From assembly GCA_964620955.1 (NCBI GenBank), contig CAZUKH010000001.1:124593-188592 (forward strand): 64,000 bases of DNA, written 5' to 3'. How positions within the stretch are numbered: the stretch's first letter is position 1; every line of letters starts with the position of its first letter. Positions 39,416 through 48,603 of the stretch are shown here, in pieces. The position numbers were made by a program, and so were the translations under genes. The notes under the pieces were generated by a model. The model saw only the letters and a program-made list of their open reading frames with translations. It was not told the DNA's origin and did not search any database. This DNA is from an uncultured Candidatus Saccharibacteria bacterium (GTDB lineage Bacteria > Patescibacteriota > Dojkabacteria > J137).

Positions 39416-39862
39416 ATGGCAAGAATATCACAATTAGTAAGAAAAGGTAGAAATCCTAAAAAGAAAATTACAAGATTTAAAGGGCTCTTAATGCCTCAAA
39501 AATCCAAGTACAAGGCGTTTAGGTTTAACTACAATGGAGTTAACAATGCTTTTTTTGAAAAACCAAATCCTTTAAAAAGAGGGGTTTGTGTTTCGGTAAA
39601 AACAATGACTCCAAGAAAACCAAACTCTGCATTACGAAAAATTGCAAGAGTTAGGCTTTCTAACAAACAAGTAATTACAGCCTACATACCAGGCGAGGGA
39701 CATAACCTTCAAGAGCACTCTGTTGTGCTTGTGCAAGCTGGTGGCAGGCCGGACTTACCTGGAGTTAGATATAGAGTAGTTAGAGGGGTTTACGATGCTG
39801 GTCCTGTTGAAGCAAGAAGACAAGGAAGAAGCAAGTACGGAAATAAAAAGCCAAAGAAGTAA
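39416..39862 (+). CDS. rpsL: 30S ribosomal protein S12 (148 aa, with N-terminal insertion)
   Basis: [50 protein letters not shown]. About 24 aa inserted between KKK and PLKRGVC relative to typical 124-aa S12. Confidence 0.9.
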   Translation: MARISQLVRKGRNPKKKITRFKGLLMPQKSKYKAFRFNYNGVNNAFFEKPNPLKRGVCVSVKTMTPRKPNSALRKIARVRLSNKQVITAYIPGEGHNLQEHSVVLVQAGGRPDLPGVRYRVVRGVYDAGPVEARRQGRSKYGNKKPKK

Positions 39863-39874
39863 CAATAAAACATG

Positions 39875-39908
39875 ACAGCGCGGGACAATGGCTATTGTCC
39901 CGCGCTGG
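39875..39908 (+). other. Perfect 14-bp GC-rich inverted repeat with a 4-nt loop (CAGCGCGGGACAAT-GGCT-ATTGTCCCGCGCTG) in the rpsL-rpsG spacer
   Basis: Seen in sequence. 9 of 14 stem pairs are GC, in an otherwise AT-rich region. Not followed by a U-tract. Confidence 0.6.
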
Positions 39909-39972
39909 AGGAAGTATAAACTTCTATAAAAAAGTATCAGTGAACAAAAGTAATTGATACACTTGAGAAATT

Positions 39973-40001
39973 AAACTCAGTGTAACAACTGAGTTTTTTT
40001 A
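39973..40001 (+). terminator. Putative rho-independent terminator/attenuator-like hairpin (AAACTCAGT-gtaaca-ACTGAGTT followed by TTTTTTT)
   Basis: 8-bp stem plus T7 run between rpsL and rpsG. Stem is AT-rich, so strength is uncertain. Confidence 0.4.
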
Positions 40002-40167
40002 TTGTTCTACCGTAATACCCCTTGTGTAAGCAAGGAGGATGTAGGTGAATAAAAACAGTGCCGAAGGCATCTGATACAACAAAATACCATCCGGCGTAAG
40101 CCAGTGGTAGTTTATTTTTATTTATTAAAATGATACTAACTATTAAAAAGTAGTATCGGAAACTAAA

Positions 40168-40635
40168 ATGAGAGGAAAGCAGTCACCAAAACGAGTTATT
40201 GTAGCCGACGAAGTTTACAATAGCGTAACAGTTTCTAAATTTATAAATTATGTAATGCAAAGCGGTAAAAAAAATGCAGCAAGAAAAGCAGTTTATGGGG
40301 CAATTGAGGAATTAGGACAAAAAACTAAACTAAAGCCTGTTGAAGCTTTAGAAAAAGCAATTGAGAATGTAAAACCAAAAATTGAAGTTAGATCAAGAAG
40401 AGTTGGTGGTTCAAACTACCAGGTTCCTGTTCAAGTACCTGAAAACAGGCAAACAGCTCTTGCTTTTAGGTGGATTATTGACGCTGCAAGGTCTTCAAGA
40501 GGCTCCAGTGAGTTTTACAAAAGTCTTGCTAAAGAGCTTATAGCTGCTCTTAATAATGAAGGAAATGCAATTAAGAAGCGTGACGAGGTGAAGAGAATGG
40601 CAGATGCAAACAAAGCGTTTGCACAATTTGCCTAA
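40168..40635 (+). CDS. rpsG: 30S ribosomal protein S7
   Basis: GKKNAARKAVYGAIE, RRVGGSNYQVPVQV, ALAFRWII, typical uS7. 155 aa. Confidence 0.95.
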   Translation: MRGKQSPKRVIVADEVYNSVTVSKFINYVMQSGKKNAARKAVYGAIEELGQKTKLKPVEALEKAIENVKPKIEVRSRRVGGSNYQVPVQVPENRQTALAFRWIIDAARSSRGSSEFYKSLAKELIAALNNEGNAIKKRDEVKRMADANKAFAQFA

Positions 40636-40674
40636 AACAAATGCTACTTAAACCGGACTATATTATAATAAAGA

Positions 40675-41328
40675 ATGAGGTTTAAGCTTTATTTTGCTGG
40701 TTTCTTATTTACTGTTGTGCTCTACTCTGCTTTTGCATTGTTTTCGACTTCGGAATTTATTGAGTCAATAGTTGCAGGAATTTTTATTCTTTCTACTATT
40801 TTGTTTATTTTCACAAAAGAAGAAAAAGTAGAAAGTGAAGGTATACTTCAAAACCCTAAGGTACATTACTATCAAAATTCAAGAATAAACTATTACGGAT
40901 ACTTTATGGTAGTAGGTGCTTCTTTATGTGCTTTAACGTTTTATGTTGCCTCAACGCGGTTTGAGCTACCTATCGGCTTAGTTTCTTTGTTTTTTTGGCT
41001 CGTTATGATTTCTTTATCAATTATTGTATCTAACTATTTTAATAAAATTTATTTAAAAACTCTTTTAGTTGACTACATTTTAATGTTTTCCGGCACTAGC
41101 TTAAATTTTCGTGAAGTTGAGTTGATTATAGAGTTTTTGCTTCAAAAAGATTCATTAGATGCAAACTTATTAGTTAAGAAATGTAAGTCCAATTTTAAAA
41201 GTGTTTTAAAAGAAGATCTTCACAAAATTATTAATTTATATGTATTTTATGTTAAATCAATAACCACAGGAAACGAGTTAGTATCCGATGAGGTTGCAGT
41301 TTTGAATGAAAAATCAAGAATTAAATAA
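40675..41328 (+). CDS. Hypothetical membrane protein
   Basis: 217 aa with 4 N-terminal TM helices. C-terminal soluble region with no motif. Confidence 0.45.
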   Translation: MRFKLYFAGFLFTVVLYSAFALFSTSEFIESIVAGIFILSTILFIFTKEEKVESEGILQNPKVHYYQNSRINYYGYFMVVGASLCALTFYVASTRFELPIGLVSLFFWLVMISLSIIVSNYFNKIYLKTLLVDYILMFSGTSLNFREVELIIEFLLQKDSLDANLLVKKCKSNFKSVLKEDLHKIINLYVFYVKSITTGNELVSDEVAVLNEKSRIK

Positions 41329-41668
41329 ACAAGTTTTAATTGATCATTATAAAAGTCCTTGCAATTACGGCAAGCCTAAATGGAAACCTGACTTTATTGC
41401 TGCTAAGGAAAATACCCTATGCGGCGATGCAGTTAAAATCTTTATTAAAATTGAAAACAGTTTTATTACAAAAGTCAGTTTTACTGCAGAGGGTTGCTCT
41501 ATCTGCATCGCCGCAACATCCTTACTTCTTCAAAACATTAAAGGCAAAAGTCTTGATTTCGTTAAACAGCTTGATGCCGAGTATGTTTTGCGCCTTGTAA
41601 AAGTAGATTTAAATCCTGAAAGAAAAAAATGTGCACTTTTAGGGTTTGATGCGCTTAAGGAAATTTAA
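41306..41668 (+). CDS. SufU/IscU-like Fe-S cluster assembly scaffold (NifU N-terminal domain family)
   Basis: LIDHYKSPCNYG, three conserved Cys (LCGDAVKIF; AEGCSICIAATS; KKCALLGFDALK), typical U-type scaffold spacing. Confidence 0.7.
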   Translation: MKNQELNKQVLIDHYKSPCNYGKPKWKPDFIAAKENTLCGDAVKIFIKIENSFITKVSFTAEGCSICIAATSLLLQNIKGKSLDFVKQLDAEYVLRLVKVDLNPERKKCALLGFDALKEI

Positions 41669-42841
41669 GGCAGTATAGGTTATTATCGAAAACGGGGCTG
41701 CTATTAGCAAAAAAGCTCTTACTACTGCTTCTTCATTTCCTTCAAAAGTTACAAGTAACACAACTAAAAACATAAATCCAGTAACCCTTCCTACAAGGTA
41801 GGTGGTTTCTATTAGCACATTCATTTCTAGCCCTGACTCGGTAGAATCTTCTGCTAAAAGATTTTCCCGTATTTTGTAATCGCAATCAGCCTTAACTGTA
41901 TCTACAAGAGTTTTATTAAAAGCTAATGCTATAGACCTAGCTACTAGTAAAGGTATACTCCATACTAACGCTAAAGCTGCGGTAAGCGCTGAATATATAA
42001 TTGAAACCCAATAGCCGTTTAGCACTCTACTTTTATCTTCTAGTACTCTTTCATACAATCCTGCTGCTGCTGCAAAGAGTCCAATAAACCCTAACAAAAC
42101 CCCTACTTGAAATTCATTTTGTATTAACAAGTAAGGAATAATCAAAAATAAGGCAAAAAACAATGTAGATTCTATGCTAATTATTAAATGTAAAAACACA
42201 AATCTTTTTATATACTTTTTGCGAAGAATTTTTGAAATCTCTGAAAATCTAAGCTTTGTTCTTGGTTGTTTATTGTAGCGAAACGGAGCAAATATTAATA
42301 CAATATAAACAGCAATGCATAAAAGAGTAAGGCTTCGAAAATCGTTTGTGACCGTAAGCAATGAGCCTGCAAGTACTGGTAAGATTATGCTTAAAACCTG
42401 GTCTATGCTACCAGAAAGCAGTATAGTAGAACTTCTTTCATTACCCTGGATTTCTCTTAAACCAATTGAATGATGTGGTGCAAAAGCAAATCCTCTTGAA
42501 ATTCCTCTAATAAGCGCAATTATTGGGTAAATCACGGCTATTTCGTTTAATGATAACGTAACAAAAATAAATACTGCCGCTTGAGCAATAAAAGATATGC
42601 GGTATGTCAAAAGATAGCCAATCTTATCAACATACATAGTTGCGATTAAAAACCCTATCCAAATACCTGCAAACCACAAAACCGCATCTATCATTAACAC
42701 ATATAGTTTTCCGGTAATTTGATAAAGCGTTATGTAATAAAAAGACCAAACTAAAATTTCAGATATGAGCAATCCTGTTTTAAAAGTAATGAATTGATAA
42801 ACCAGTTGTAAATGGTTTTTTGTTTGTAAAAGCCTGTTCAT
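41639..42841 (-). CDS. MFS-type transporter (12 TM)
   Basis: 400 aa with ~12 hydrophobic helices in a 6+6 arrangement and a central cytoplasmic loop rich in R/K. Confidence 0.6.
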   Translation of the reverse strand: MNRLLQTKNHLQLVYQFITFKTGLLISEILVWSFYYITLYQITGKLYVLMIDAVLWFAGIWIGFLIATMYVDKIGYLLTYRISFIAQAAVFIFVTLSLNEIAVIYPIIALIRGISRGFAFAPHHSIGLREIQGNERSSTILLSGSIDQVLSIILPVLAGSLLTVTNDFRSLTLLCIAVYIVLIFAPFRYNKQPRTKLRFSEISKILRKKYIKRFVFLHLIISIESTLFFALFLIIPYLLIQNEFQVGVLLGFIGLFAAAAGLYERVLEDKSRVLNGYWVSIIYSALTAALALVWSIPLLVARSIALAFNKTLVDTVKADCDYKIRENLLAEDSTESGLEMNVLIETTYLVGRVTGFMFLVVLLVTFEGNEEAVVRAFLLIAAPFSIITYTALNFLKRIKP

Positions 42842-42930
42842 GTTAGTGCTTAGTATATTGATTAAATGAAAATATTACCAATTTATCTTTTAAAAACTTG
42901 TGTTAAGATATCCCTATTTAAAATCTTTTA

Positions 42931-44010
42931 ATGAAAATAATAATTTTTGCAGGAGGTACTGGCAAAAGGTTTTGGCCTGTTAGCAGAATAAAATCACCTA
43001 AACAATTTAGCCCACTTATTGCAGGAAAACCGCTTGTACGGCTACGGGTAGATGCTTTGCTTAAAGGCTTTAATGCTTCTGATATTTTTTTAAGTACAGG
43101 GAGAATTTACGAAGATGAGGTAAAAAAGATGCTACCTCAACTTCCTGCCGAAAACATCATTTTAGAGCCTGTTATGCGAGATACTGGCCCTGCCGTAACT
43201 TTGGCAGTAAACTATGTGCACAGTATTCACCCTGGTGAAGTCATTTCAATCCAGTGGTCGGATCATTTAGTTAAAGATGAAACTACATTCATTACAGCTC
43301 TTAAGGAAAGTGAGAGAGTTTTGCAAAAAGAATCAGCAAAATCTACTGTGTTTTTAACTGTTCCAGCTAGATTTGCTTCTCCGCACCGCGGTTATATTGA
43401 AATTGGAGAAAAAATTAAGCAAGTGAGTGGCAAAATTACACTTTATAATTTCGTAAGATTTAAAGAAAAGCCAAGTGAAAAAACTGCAAAAAAATACATA
43501 GATTCTGGCAATTTTGGCTGGAACCCAGGTTACTGGACTATTAAACCCGAGTATTTTCTCAAAATTGTAAATGAAAACGCACAGCTTATATCTAAGGTAT
43601 GCAAAGAAGTTGTTGAATCAAATTTTAGTAAAGATTCTCTTACAAAATTTTCACAGCTAGAAAAAGTTGCGATAGATAAGGTTTTTGCTGAAAAGGTTAA
43701 TTCCACTAATGCCTTGGCAATGTTAACAGATATTGGGTGGAGTGATATTGGAGAATGGATAGCCCTTAAGGAAGCTTTACAGTCTTCTAATACAGCGAAT
43801 GTAATTAAAGGTAACGTAGTTGATTTAGACTCAAAAGATAGTGTAATTTTTAACCTGGACAATAAAAAGCTTGTTTCAACAATTAATTTAAATGGAATGG
43901 TAGTAGTAAATACACAAGATGTTGTAGCCGTTTTTCATAAAAAAGATAACTCCAGGCTTAAAGAATACCTGGCAAATCTAGAAAACGATGGTTTAAAAGA
44001 GTATTTGTGA
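42931..44010 (+). CDS. manC: Mannose-1-phosphate guanylyltransferase (GDP-mannose pyrophosphorylase)
   Basis: IIFAGGTGKRFWPVSRIKSPKQF and EPVMRDTGPAV (nucleotidyltransferase motifs). 359 aa, no C-terminal phosphomannose isomerase (PMI) domain. Confidence 0.8.
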   Translation: MKIIIFAGGTGKRFWPVSRIKSPKQFSPLIAGKPLVRLRVDALLKGFNASDIFLSTGRIYEDEVKKMLPQLPAENIILEPVMRDTGPAVTLAVNYVHSIHPGEVISIQWSDHLVKDETTFITALKESERVLQKESAKSTVFLTVPARFASPHRGYIEIGEKIKQVSGKITLYNFVRFKEKPSEKTAKKYIDSGNFGWNPGYWTIKPEYFLKIVNENAQLISKVCKEVVESNFSKDSLTKFSQLEKVAIDKVFAEKVNSTNALAMLTDIGWSDIGEWIALKEALQSSNTANVIKGNVVDLDSKDSVIFNLDNKKLVSTINLNGMVVVNTQDVVAVFHKKDNSRLKEYLANLENDGLKEYL

Positions 44011-44110
44011 GAATTACTGCTATTGCTATGCCGATCTTACTAGCCTGCCCAAAGAAATGGTGGTAAAGTCGAATCCATGCATGGGTACCAAGTCTTTACT
44101 TAAGGGTATA

Positions 44111-44341
44111 CTATGGCTCATTTCCTTTTTTTTCTGGATAATTTACAAGAACAGCACCATTATTCATTCCAGCAAAAATTCGTTGAAAATTTATAATTTG
44201 TGTAGGCTGTTCGTATTTCTCACCCTCATAAGGGTTTCCATCCTGGATTATTGTACTATTCGGAAGCGTTAATTCTAATTTCCCAAAAAGTTTTTGAAAG
44301 TTGGGAACTGTTGGTTCTTGTTCACTGGGACCAGTTTCCAT
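44111..44341 (-). CDS. Hypothetical small protein
   Basis: 76-aa ORF. Co-oriented with the valS-side genes. Normal amino-acid composition. Overlapping + strand ORF 44057..44272 judged less likely. Confidence 0.25.
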   Translation of the reverse strand: METGPSEQEPTVPNFQKLFGKLELTLPNSTIIQDGNPYEGEKYEQPTQIINFQRIFAGMNNGAVLVNYPEKKGNEP

Positions 44342-44406
44342 ATGTCATTAATATTAAGCGTCAAAATATTACTACAGGTTTATTCAAATGTCCAGGGGGT
44401 TTCTAA

Positions 44407-44835
44407 CTAGATATTTTGTTCTGTGACTTGGAAGATATCAATATTATAAAGTCTTCTAATCATCTCACGAATAAATTCTTTCCTTGAGGGTTTTATTGAT
44501 GGTGTTTCGCCCCTTGTATAAATCTCAAACATTGTATTAGCTGCTACTCTGAGCTTATCTTGATCTTCAAAATTGCCCACAAGTTTTTTTGAAAAATCAT
44601 TCAAGGTATTTTTCAAGCTTGTAAGCAATGTATTCAAAGGCTTATCTACTATTCCAACTTTTTCAAGTAATATTTTGGCATCATTAATAATAATTTTCAC
44701 AAGCAAATTCGCACCATTTTTTAATTGCTCCAAAGAATTAATAGAAGAATACTTATTGGCGAAATCTTCTCTCACGAGTAATTCTGTTACTTGAGGATTT
44801 TTTTCATCTATTTGGGGTTCTGCAGTCATTACCAT
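44407..44835 (-). CDS. Hypothetical protein
   Basis: 142-aa ORF. 7-nt overlap with the valS stop region. Confidence 0.45.
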   Translation of the reverse strand: MVMTAEPQIDEKNPQVTELLVREDFANKYSSINSLEQLKNGANLLVKIIINDAKILLEKVGIVDKPLNTLLTSLKNTLNDFSKKLVGNFEDQDKLRVAANTMFEIYTRGETPSIKPSRKEFIREMIRRLYNIDIFQVTEQNI

Positions 44836-47618
44836 TTTGTATACATTAAAAAATTATGTTCATTTTTTGCTTTAGGTACTTCGTTCCACAACCTTTGAGT
44901 AATAAAAGGCACGAATGGATGAAGAAGTTTAAGATATTGCTTAAGTGCAAACATTAAAACATCCGCAGTTTCACGCTTTTCTTCATTAGAAGGTGATGAA
45001 ATTATGCGAGACGTCTCTTTATCTTTTTTATCATAAAGGTGAGGTTTAGAGCTTTCTAATAATACATCACAAAAAGTATGCCAAAATTCTTGGTACAACG
45101 TTTCGGTAGCATATCCAAATTCAAACTCTTGAATGTAGTCTGTGACTTTTTGGTGGACTTCGGTGATGTGGTTGAATATATTTTTCGAGTTTTCTAGCTT
45201 TAAAGCTTCAGGTTTCAGGCTCGTGGCTGCGGGGGCTTCCTGATGCCCTATCCCTATTGCCTGGTTCCCTAATACAAATCTCGATGCATTCCAAATTTTA
45301 TTCATAAACTGTTTAAAGTTTTTCAGCTTATCGTAAGTCATTGAATAGCTTGCTCCTGCGGAGTTTTGATAGTAGTAAACCATCCTAACCGCGTCTGTAC
45401 CATACTCTACCCTTACTTTATCTATGTCAATTACATTCCCTTTAGACTTGCTCATTTTTTGTCCATCAGTACCTTTTACTAACCCTGTTAAATAAAGATG
45501 TTTAAAAGGTATTTGTTTGGTTTTAAAATAACTAAACATCATCATTCGGGAGTCCCAATTTTCTAGAATATCGAATCCTGAAACCATTACGTCTGTTGGA
45601 TAAAAGGAGTCCATTAAATTGTATTTCTGTAATGTTGCAAATGGCCATTGACCCGAGCTAAACCACGTATCAAGCACAGATTCGTCTTGGAACCAACCTT
45701 CACCAGGACTTTCTTTCTGTACTCTTAGATGATTTGGATTATCATACTCAAGTTGAACCCAGTTTTCAGCCTCTACCCCTTGCTCCTTGCCTGCTGCAAG
45801 CTGAATCATTTCTTTAACTTCTCCATTTCCCCCAATTTCTTCTTTTACCTGGCCGTGATACCAAACTGGCAAACGATACCCCCACCAAAGAGATCTTGAA
45901 ATTGCCCAATCTCGTAAGTTATCCATCCAATGATTAAATTTTGCAATCATAGATTCAGGGTGAATTGTAACAGAACCGGCTTCAGGTTTCGGGACTGAGG
46001 CTTTGAGCGATGACGTTCGAACGGCTGGGGGGTCTGCCAACTGCCTGCTGCTCGCTGCCCGCTGCCCATTTTCCACCATTTCCTTAGCAGCCTCTTTAAG
46101 TCCATCGTATTTTAAATACCATTGAGATGATAATAATGGCTCAATTGGTGCCTTAGTACGCTCTGCAATTGCAACTTTATTTTTATAAAGGTTATCTACA
46201 TAAACTAAATTGCCATGCTTTTTCATATCTTCTTTCATAAGCTCTCTAGCCTCCTTTGTTTTTATACCTTTGTAGGGCCCTGTAAGCCCATTTAAGCGCA
46301 AGTCGTACCCTATTACGGTAATTGCCGGCAAGCATTCTTTAGTGTGCCTCATGGCTATTTCCCAGTCTTCTACAGCGTGCGCCGGAGTAACTTTTAGCAA
46401 ACCTGTACCAAAGTCTTTATCGACTGCATAGTCTGCAATAAAGTTTAACTTTTTCTTTTGACCTAAAAATTCAACTTCTACTTTTTTACCAACAAAGTCT
46501 TTGTATCGATCATCTTTTGGATTACAAGCAATTGCAGTATCTGCAAAAATGGTTTCGGGCCGCACAGTACCAATAATAAATCCATTTGTATAAAATTTAT
46601 CTTCAGGATATTCATCGAAAAGCATGAAATGAGATCCTGCAATAATCTTTGACTTTTCTTGAAAAACCTTGAAAACCTCCTCATTTATGTCTCCTTTAAA
46701 TTCTTTTGAAACCACTAAAATATGAATATTACCATCCATTCTCATTTCTACACCAATGGCTTTTCCTTTTATTTCTAGTCCAGTTTCAATTTTTTCATAG
46801 CCTATACCTACAACTAATTCTGAGCCATAAGTGCTTCCTACAATATATGAACTTTCTTCTTGCTCATCTTTTGCTGGGGGATATTGTCCCACATTCCATA
46901 CAACTTCTTTTCCCTCAAACTTATTTTTTAATTGTATGGCTTTTTCTTCCGGTTCAGTAAATGCATATTTAAAATAAAAAAATGGCGTTTGAGACTCTAC
47001 ATATTCAATCTGGTTATCTGCTACTGCAGTTCTTCCTTTTGGGTCCCAATTTACTATTCTTACTCCCTTATAAATACGGCCTTCTTTGTACATTTCCACA
47101 AAAGTATCTAAAACTGTTTCCACAATATCTTCGTCCAAGGTAAAAGTGTCGCGGTCAAAATCTGCTGAAAGTCCTATTTCCTGTTCATCTTTCTTGGCTT
47201 TTTTCATGTTTTCTAGGTTAAACTCCATCATCATTTTATAAAACTCTTCTCTTTTTAAATCGAACTTGTTAATCTTTTTCTTTTCTAAAACTTCTCTTAC
47301 AAAAACACCTTCTCCTTCCAACCCTGCATGATCTTTGCCAGGAATCATAAGTACTTTTTTACCCTGCATTCGTTGGAATCTTGCCATTGCATCCATATAT
47401 GCATACCCAGAAAGATTGCCTATATGCGGTCTACCGTAAGCATTTGGTGGAGGGCAGACTAATGCCCATGGAGTTCTTTTATCTTTAAGCATTTCTTCTT
47501 TAGAAACAATTTTAGAAGTGGCTGGATCAAACTCTGGTTTATAACTACCAGATTTTAACCACTCTTCAAGAATCTTTTTTTCTTCTTCGCTGTAATTGTA
47601 TGGTCCTTGAGGTAGCAT
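44829..47618 (-). CDS. valS: Valyl-tRNA synthetase
   Basis: PPPNAYGRPHIGN (HIGH region), DWAISRSLWWGYRLPVWY, KMSKSKGN. 929 aa. Contains a GC-rich low-complexity insertion (RAASSRQLADPPAVRTSSLKASVPKPEAG). Confidence 0.9.
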   Translation of the reverse strand: MLPQGPYNYSEEEKKILEEWLKSGSYKPEFDPATSKIVSKEEMLKDKRTPWALVCPPPNAYGRPHIGNLSGYAYMDAMARFQRMQGKKVLMIPGKDHAGLEGEGVFVREVLEKKKINKFDLKREEFYKMMMEFNLENMKKAKKDEQEIGLSADFDRDTFTLDEDIVETVLDTFVEMYKEGRIYKGVRIVNWDPKGRTAVADNQIEYVESQTPFFYFKYAFTEPEEKAIQLKNKFEGKEVVWNVGQYPPAKDEQEESSYIVGSTYGSELVVGIGYEKIETGLEIKGKAIGVEMRMDGNIHILVVSKEFKGDINEEVFKVFQEKSKIIAGSHFMLFDEYPEDKFYTNGFIIGTVRPETIFADTAIACNPKDDRYKDFVGKKVEVEFLGQKKKLNFIADYAVDKDFGTGLLKVTPAHAVEDWEIAMRHTKECLPAITVIGYDLRLNGLTGPYKGIKTKEARELMKEDMKKHGNLVYVDNLYKNKVAIAERTKAPIEPLLSSQWYLKYDGLKEAAKEMVENGQRAASSRQLADPPAVRTSSLKASVPKPEAGSVTIHPESMIAKFNHWMDNLRDWAISRSLWWGYRLPVWYHGQVKEEIGGNGEVKEMIQLAAGKEQGVEAENWVQLEYDNPNHLRVQKESPGEGWFQDESVLDTWFSSGQWPFATLQKYNLMDSFYPTDVMVSGFDILENWDSRMMMFSYFKTKQIPFKHLYLTGLVKGTDGQKMSKSKGNVIDIDKVRVEYGTDAVRMVYYYQNSAGASYSMTYDKLKNFKQFMNKIWNASRFVLGNQAIGIGHQEAPAATSLKPEALKLENSKNIFNHITEVHQKVTDYIQEFEFGYATETLYQEFWHTFCDVLLESSKPHLYDKKDKETSRIISSPSNEEKRETADVLMFALKQYLKLLHPFVPFITQRLWNEVPKAKNEHNFLMYTKW

Positions 47619-47737
47619 ATAAGTTTTTTTCTTTAAGGATTATATCGTAAAATTTTTATTTATTGGTTATGTTTTCTTGCCTGACTAATCCTAACCCTGT
47701 CTTTAGTGATAGTTTCTTCAATTTATGACCGATACGG

Positions 47738-48562
47738 TTAAAATTTTAATTCGGTCGAAATTTCAGCTGGTTTGGATATAAGCCACAAAAGATTAAAAAT
47801 ACTTTGCAGTGTTTTTGCTAATGAAACGCTTTGAATAAAAGCACCCCAGCTTTCGTTATTATTTGCGGTTGATATTACAACATGATCACCTAGAATGCTT
47901 ATTCTGTTATAACTTTCAAAGTTAGGGTTATCTAAAATTCGTACTTCACGTTTTAAAAGGTAGTCAGGATTAATACTCTGCTGATATTTTAAAGTTTGCA
48001 AAGACCACTCATTATTGGGGACAAGTTCTTTTGTTTCGTAGTTGGGCGGTGTATGACTTATTGTTTGCTTTTGCACTTCGGCTTTCGTAAAACTGTCAAC
48101 AGGCATAATGCCGGTTATAACATATCTTGTCGAAGGAAAATCTTCGTAATCTTCAAGAAAGAACGCTTTTTTAGCAGCTTCAATTCCTTTTTCAAAATTT
48201 AAGAACCCTTCTGAATTGTTGCTTGAAGGTGTTACAAGATTGCCTGCCTTTACATTAAGCACATCTACAAGAGCCATTTGTAAGTTGTTAAGGTTTTGTT
48301 TTCTTTCTACTATCATTTTGCTAACAGCTTCAAGGCTTTTAGGCTTAACCATTAGTTGCCCTGATGTTTCCAAACCAGAAAGCTCCAAAAAACCTTTTAA
48401 AGAAAGATCTGTGATTACATCATAAACAGTAGTCCGGGCTATTTGTGTTTTTTTTGCTATTTGATTGGGTGTCGATTGACCTAGTAGTAAACATTGCTGA
48501 TAAACACGGGCCTCATTAGCACTTAACCCTAACTTAAGAAGAATATTTTGGAGTTGATTCAT
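47738..48562 (-). CDS. TrmB-family HTH transcriptional regulator
   Basis: N-terminus LGLSANEARVYQQCLLLGQSTPNQIAKKTQIARTTVYDVITDLSLKGFLE matches the TrmB winged-helix. C-terminal domain of unknown function. Confidence 0.65.
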   Translation of the reverse strand: MNQLQNILLKLGLSANEARVYQQCLLLGQSTPNQIAKKTQIARTTVYDVITDLSLKGFLELSGLETSGQLMVKPKSLEAVSKMIVERKQNLNNLQMALVDVLNVKAGNLVTPSSNNSEGFLNFEKGIEAAKKAFFLEDYEDFPSTRYVITGIMPVDSFTKAEVQKQTISHTPPNYETKELVPNNEWSLQTLKYQQSINPDYLLKREVRILDNPNFESYNRISILGDHVVISTANNNESWGAFIQSVSLAKTLQSIFNLLWLISKPAEISTELKF

Positions 48563-48603
48563 AACTTATTCTAAACCCAGTAGTCACTGACGGTCAAGTG
48601 CAA

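Noticed and set aside
44057-44272. 71-aa + strand ORF
   Set aside because: It overlaps an equally long - strand ORF that is co-oriented with the downstream operon. Cys-rich odd composition. Kept the - strand ORF at low confidence instead.
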